Below are positions 60,395 through 64,000 of a DNA stretch of 64,000 nt, one piece after another. The position numbers and the translations under genes were made by a program. The DNA comes from Takakia lepidozioides (Eukaryota > Plantae > Bryophyta), in NCBI GenBank assembly GCA_030704615.1, contig CM060732.1, forward strand, positions 6,200,001-6,264,000, read 5' to 3'. Below the pieces are notes generated by a model. The model had not been told where the DNA came from and did no database searches. It worked only from the letters and a program-made list of their open reading frames with translations. Every line of letters begins with the position of its first letter. The first letter of the stretch is position 1.

Positions 60395-63300
60395 TTGGCT
60401 CCCTGGATTTGGATCAGGCTTCGTCGCTCGGACAAATCGGCACCGCATTCCTTCCCATCGCTGCATCCCCCTTCTACCAGGGAGCTTGCCCGCACGCCAT
60501 CCTGGAGTCTTGTGTGCACATCTCCCATGGCGGAAAACCCGAGCGCTACAGTGTACTGCCCTCCTCACGAGCATAGAGCTTCATTTCCGTGCAGAGGGGA
60601 CATCTGCCGGGTGATGGAGAAATATCTGTGCGTTCGATACCACCTGAAACCGGGGTCGGTTTTTTTGGAGGAGGAAAGGAAGGACTCAAACGGCGTTGTT
60701 GTCGAGAGTATTGTTGTGCTCCACGATGATTTCGGCGATGGCAGGGAATGGCGAGTTCCACCATCGGACAGCGTCATATACAGGGCTGTTGGGGACTTCA
60801 TTTGCCCGCCAAATGCACCTTCTATCCTGGCGCCTTCCACGAAACAATCCGCGAATCAGAGAGTGGCTACCTCAAAGAGAGAAGTCCGCAACGAAGTAAA
60901 TCCAGAGCCGAACCCATCCATGAAGACGAGCGAGAACCGGGTTGTTCACAACCTGTCCGACTCAGACGAGGTCCGAGTCGTCCTGGAGATCAGGCAAGTC
61001 CTCAATGGACGTCAGTGGACGAGGGAGTCATATTCCCAGCACGAGCACCGCAGTTCGATCTATTCTTGAAATTCTGCGAGGGCTTCACATGGAGGGACAC
61101 CGCTCGGAGCTGGCCGGGCTGGACTACAGCAAGTTCGCAATTAAATCGGTTACATGCCTTCCCGCAGACGTCGACGGTAATATCTTCTTTGAGTTCCCTC
61201 CTCGGACGGACTACTCGAGGGCGTCCGGAATGTTGACAGATATGGATAGAAAACATGATGGTCATCCTTGGTGCGTCACCAAAACCACCAGCATGAAGAT
61301 GCTCGATGGTGTGCGGGTGCGCTACGTTGTTTGTGCGGGCGCGTTGCGGTGTTTCTCCCCAACTTGCTTCCATTTTAAATCCAGAGGTCACAGGAACGAG
61401 ACCGATTGGGGCACAGCTCATCAACCATTTCGAGCTCAGGAGAAGGTTCCAAACTCCACATTTAAGTGTGCGCATTGCAAAGAACCACCACACTGCATGT
61501 CTGTTTGTAATGCCAAGCAGTTCTATGTGTTGCACCGTTTCCTGACCTCACCCGAGCTTGCATACACGTTGGTTCCCATTGTCACAAATTGGCGAGGGGG
61601 AACTCGCGGGAGGCTGCCCACGAGGCAGAGCAGCTCGTTCAGGAGGAGGTTAAGTTGAGACCGGGTGCCAAACCCAAACAGATACAGCTCCAAGCCGCCC
61701 ATAAGATGGCATTGGCCAGAATTATGTCGGAAGACGGCTCCGATAGAGTTCCTCTCGATGAGAAGGAAATGGAGGCATTGCTGGAGTCGGTGTCCCACGT
61801 ATGTTCACCGAATGTCCGAAACCACATTGTCTCATGCAAACAGAAAATTGGGCGTGGCTCGGATATGCACTCCATTCTAGAGGTGAAGCGACGATGTGGA
61901 TATGACTACATTCATGGAAGTAGGTTTCCAGGACAAGGGACTGAGGCAGATCGTTGTTTCGTATTCAAAATGTCCACGTGTGGACCTGGCAGCGGCGTCG
62001 AACTGGTCGACAGGATGACGAGTGGGGACTTGTCAAACAGTTGGGTCATGTTCGACCATATCAAGCGAATTACAAATCACCAGTGGGTGACAATGGGTGC
62101 ACATGTCTACGACACCCACTGCAGGATGCTAATGACAATTGCTATTTGTGAGATGAAAGGAGAGGACACACAATCGGAGATGCTTCTTTGGCAGGGAATA
62201 AACGAACAGATGGCCAAGGCGGGATTGCCCCCTCCCAATTTCCGTGGTTTCATGGCGGACAACGCACAAGCAAATTGGGCTGCCATCCGAAGGGTGTACG
62301 GGCAAGACCCCAATGTTCCCATGGAAGGCAAGGAGAGATCTTGTGGGTTCCATTTTCTGCAGAGCCTTTCGCAGTACACAACCAGGCTCGTGGCGCCAGA
62401 TTTCAGAGAGGAGCACCGTTCCATGTGTCTTGCGTGGAAGCGCGCTCCCACCTTGGATGATGCAGAGACACAGTTTGCATGTATACGGGCTTGGTGGACA
62501 TCGTCAGGTGCTGTAAGGAAATCAGACGAGGGAGCAATGGTCAGTTGGCTAGCATGGTGGCATTATCGTTTCCTCCAGTTCGGCGACTATATGCGGGAGG
62601 TGAGTTGCACGAATTCGCGTCCCGTTGAATATTATTCTTGGCATTATTTGTAACTTGCTTGTAACCTCAACATGTGCTTGTGCAGGAAATGTGTCTCGAC
62701 TCCGACACCGACATGCCCACGACAAACATGGCCGAATCAGTGCATTCTTCCTGGCGTGCCTCCTCTGCGGCGCATCTGGTGGACATCCTCACTGCCACAA
62801 CGGAGGACATTGTGAGGTCAATTATGCAGCAATGCAGGTACAACGAGTTCTTGAAAGGGAAACAGTGGGGCTTGGGGCCGGACAGGCAGGAAATGCTGAT
62901 GCGGACTGCCTCCAGATCGAAGAATCCTCGGAAGTGGGCGGCGGCCTTGCGAGAGGGCCTTCGGGACACGCCATTGCTTCGAAGAGGCCAACATTTGGAA
63001 GGAGATGTTCATACCCGTCCAGTGAGACGAAGACTTGACGAGGCACCTGGCGGGGAAGAGGATTCATGGCGAGCTGACAAGAATATTCGCACGCTCCCTC
63101 GTGGTCCCGTGATGTTGCCCGAGGAGGTCTCGTCGAGCACCGCAAGTCCTGCACGTTCAAGATCGCCATCTCCTTTGAGCACAGGGCACGTGCCCGAGGA
63201 ACATAACGAGCCATCTGTAGTAACGCAGTACAACATACCCATTGTGGAGACAAGAGTGTCGGAGTCACAGTGGAGAATTGCAAGGACATTGCCGGCATTT

Positions 63301-64000
63301 CGAGGGAAGTGCTGCGCCATTCGGGTGGATACGAGAGCACGCTGTGGTGAGATGATTCGGAGGAACCCACACGGTGCTGTACCTGCACCTTGTTTCAGCG
63401 GCAGATTTTTGACTCCCACATTTGCTCACGCCACAACGCAGACGTTTTGGTTCTGTAGGCACGACATAATGACCTGTGTATTTGGCAAGCCCAAGTACGG
63501 GATTCAGGGAATGCCGGAGCCTCCGGGCGTCTGGCCTGTTGCACCGGGTTGCAGCCTCTCTCAGAATGAGGCGATGCTCTATCTGCAGCAGGATTTTGAA
63601 TGGTGCAACGCACAGACGTCCCGGCCCACGCATTTCCAGTTCCTCAGACCCAGCCATTGCAGACTGCTCGGTCCAGTAGAGACGGATTGGACAATTCTGC
63701 ACATCCCACAATGCGATTCGGAAGAGTGAAGAGACGACACCCTCCCAACAAGTTGAATGAGACTCGGATTGCCAATGCTCTTGGGATGGCTTGCACTATT
63801 CAGAGCTCCGTGGACGTACCTCCACCCGGCCTTGGGCGTGTTTATCGGATGGCAACGGCCGGCTCGGCTGTACGCGACGATGTATACACAATTACGATTG
63901 GAGTGGAGCCGACTTGCAATTGTACGGACTTCTCGTTGATGGAAGCAAAGAAGGGTTCAAAGTATTATCCGTGCAAGCATCTGTATTACATTTACCTGAA
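60395..64000 (+). CDS. Mutator-superfamily DDE transposase with GCM/WRKY-like N-terminal zinc domain and C-terminal SWIM finger (frameshifted, runs off the window)
   Basis: DGHPW..CAGALRC..C..CAHC..H.G.H.H; WVMFDH, FMADNA, CGFH, TTNMAES; in-phase intron 62600-62685; CNC...PCKHL. Confidence 0.85.

Larger units (their letters stand above)
36370..64000 (+). mobile_element. Large Mutator-like (MULE) DNA transposon, right end outside the window, interrupted by a CACTA element
   Basis: Left terminus GGGGGTTGCTATTTCATGAGCGGCATGAGC matches the opposite-end terminus of the copy at 986; transposase at 60395-64000; shared palindromic motifs. Confidence 0.8.

Overview
Eukaryotic, almost certainly land-plant, heterochromatin-like DNA. 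PLS-type PPR fragments, Athila/Tat-like, CACTA and Mutator elements and GT-AG introns support this; a non-seed plant is plausible but unproven. The window is essentially all nested transposable elements and I see no intact host gene. Main units: (1) a non-chromovirus Ty3/Gypsy element on + (6924-34546) with extra ORFs, its 5' LTR cut by a CACTA end. (2) Nested in its gag zinc knuckle, a second Ty3/Gypsy element on - (9604-24826, 4-bp TSD AAGG). It encodes Gag-PR-[C5 cytosine DNA methyltransferase]-RT-RNaseH-integrase-PHD finger, has a self-priming-type PBS, and has circularly permuted ('split') terminal repeats that look like a 2-LTR circle opened at an internal CA-GC-TG palindrome. (3) A large Mutator-like (MULE) element from 36370 to beyond the window end. 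It has a GCM-like/DDE/SWIM transposase on + and a divergent intron-containing gene on - that combines a ParB/Srx-like domain with a beta-class amino (N6-A/N4-C) DNA methyltransferase-like domain, plus tandem arrays of GGCGCC-centred palindromes. (4) A 14.6-kb CACTA element (42371-57012, 19-bp TIRs, TSD CTT) inserted in that gene, with scrambled transposase segments, an FCP1-like phosphatase domain, a LINE fragment and captured RPL27 exons. Most ORFs carry stops or 1-nt frameshifts (decay or assembly error). All domain calls are by motif recognition only; no database search was run.
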